The notes under the pieces are model-generated. The model was not told where the DNA came from. It saw only the letters and a program-made list of their open reading frames with translations, and ran no database searches. From Ostrea edulis (taxonomy: Eukaryota): DNA of 64,000 nucleotides. A program made the position numbers and the translations under genes. This document shows positions 63,542 to 64,000 of this stretch, piece by piece. The stretch is from the NCBI RefSeq assembly GCF_947568905.1, contig NC_079170.1, forward strand, positions 72,292,001 to 72,356,000, in the 5' to 3' direction. The stretch's first letter is position 1. Each line of letters opens with the position of its first letter.

Positions 63542-63767
63542 TGAAAAGGTGAAGAAAACGACCAGTGATGAATCTCTTAACTCCTATAAGGAATACAAAA
63601 CTAAGAGTAGGACAAACACGGACACGGATCCCTGGATATACCATAGGTGGGACCAGGTTCCTAGGAGGAGTAAGCATTCCCTATTGACCGTTCCCACCCG
63701 ACGTGAGCCCTATATCTTGATTAGGTAAACGGAGTAATCCGTAGTCAAAATAAGTGTGTAAAGAACG
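63542..63767 (-). mobile_element. Penelope-like 3' fragment
   Basis: Collinear with 37490-37710 in reverse orientation. Confidence 0.82.
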
Positions 63768-64000
63768 ATTGTGAATTATTGTGTAGACCATAATGTCCGT
63801 ATTTACATATTACAGTGAAGCTGTGCATTATGAAGTCACTATTGTAAAAACGACCGTCATTTGTAATATTCCAATTTGTCTTTTTAAAGTCATTTTCGAG
63901 AATTTTTCCTATACAGATGCGTCACCTGCTTAAGGTGAAACTCACATATGACGCCCAAGGCATTGATTTGTTTTTATCTCTTTATCGTACCAACGCCTGT

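Overview
AT-rich (visually about one-third GC) eukaryotic genomic DNA. Its repeat families (tRNA-derived SINEs, a Penelope-like RT with the LYDKRDDF motif, CAGTGGCGGAT MITEs) resemble those of bivalve molluscs, probably an oyster (inference). Only one protein-coding gene is well supported: a compact, spliced, minus-strand CYP7/CYP8-family (clan 7) cytochrome P450. It has four coding exons (13492-13413, 13082-12157, 12043-11865, 11732-11445; 490 aa) and an unusually short heme loop (FGSLCPG) plus an altered I-helix. A candidate GC-box/TATA/Inr promoter and 19-nt first exon lie at about 14334-14440. The remaining ~60 kb is a mosaic of 5'-truncated Penelope-like, RTE-X-like and L2-like retroelement fragments, at least two SINE superfamilies, several MITEs and palindromes, and many minisatellites. 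There is no CRISPR array, rRNA or functional tRNA, and I found no convincing novel multi-gene system. The most interesting signals are the atypical P450 active-site motifs, a shared TGGAG(A/T) target site in two RTE-X insertions, and a variable-copy 39-bp hairpin module with a permuted copy in the Penelope-like family. All family assignments come from motif recognition only; no database search was run.
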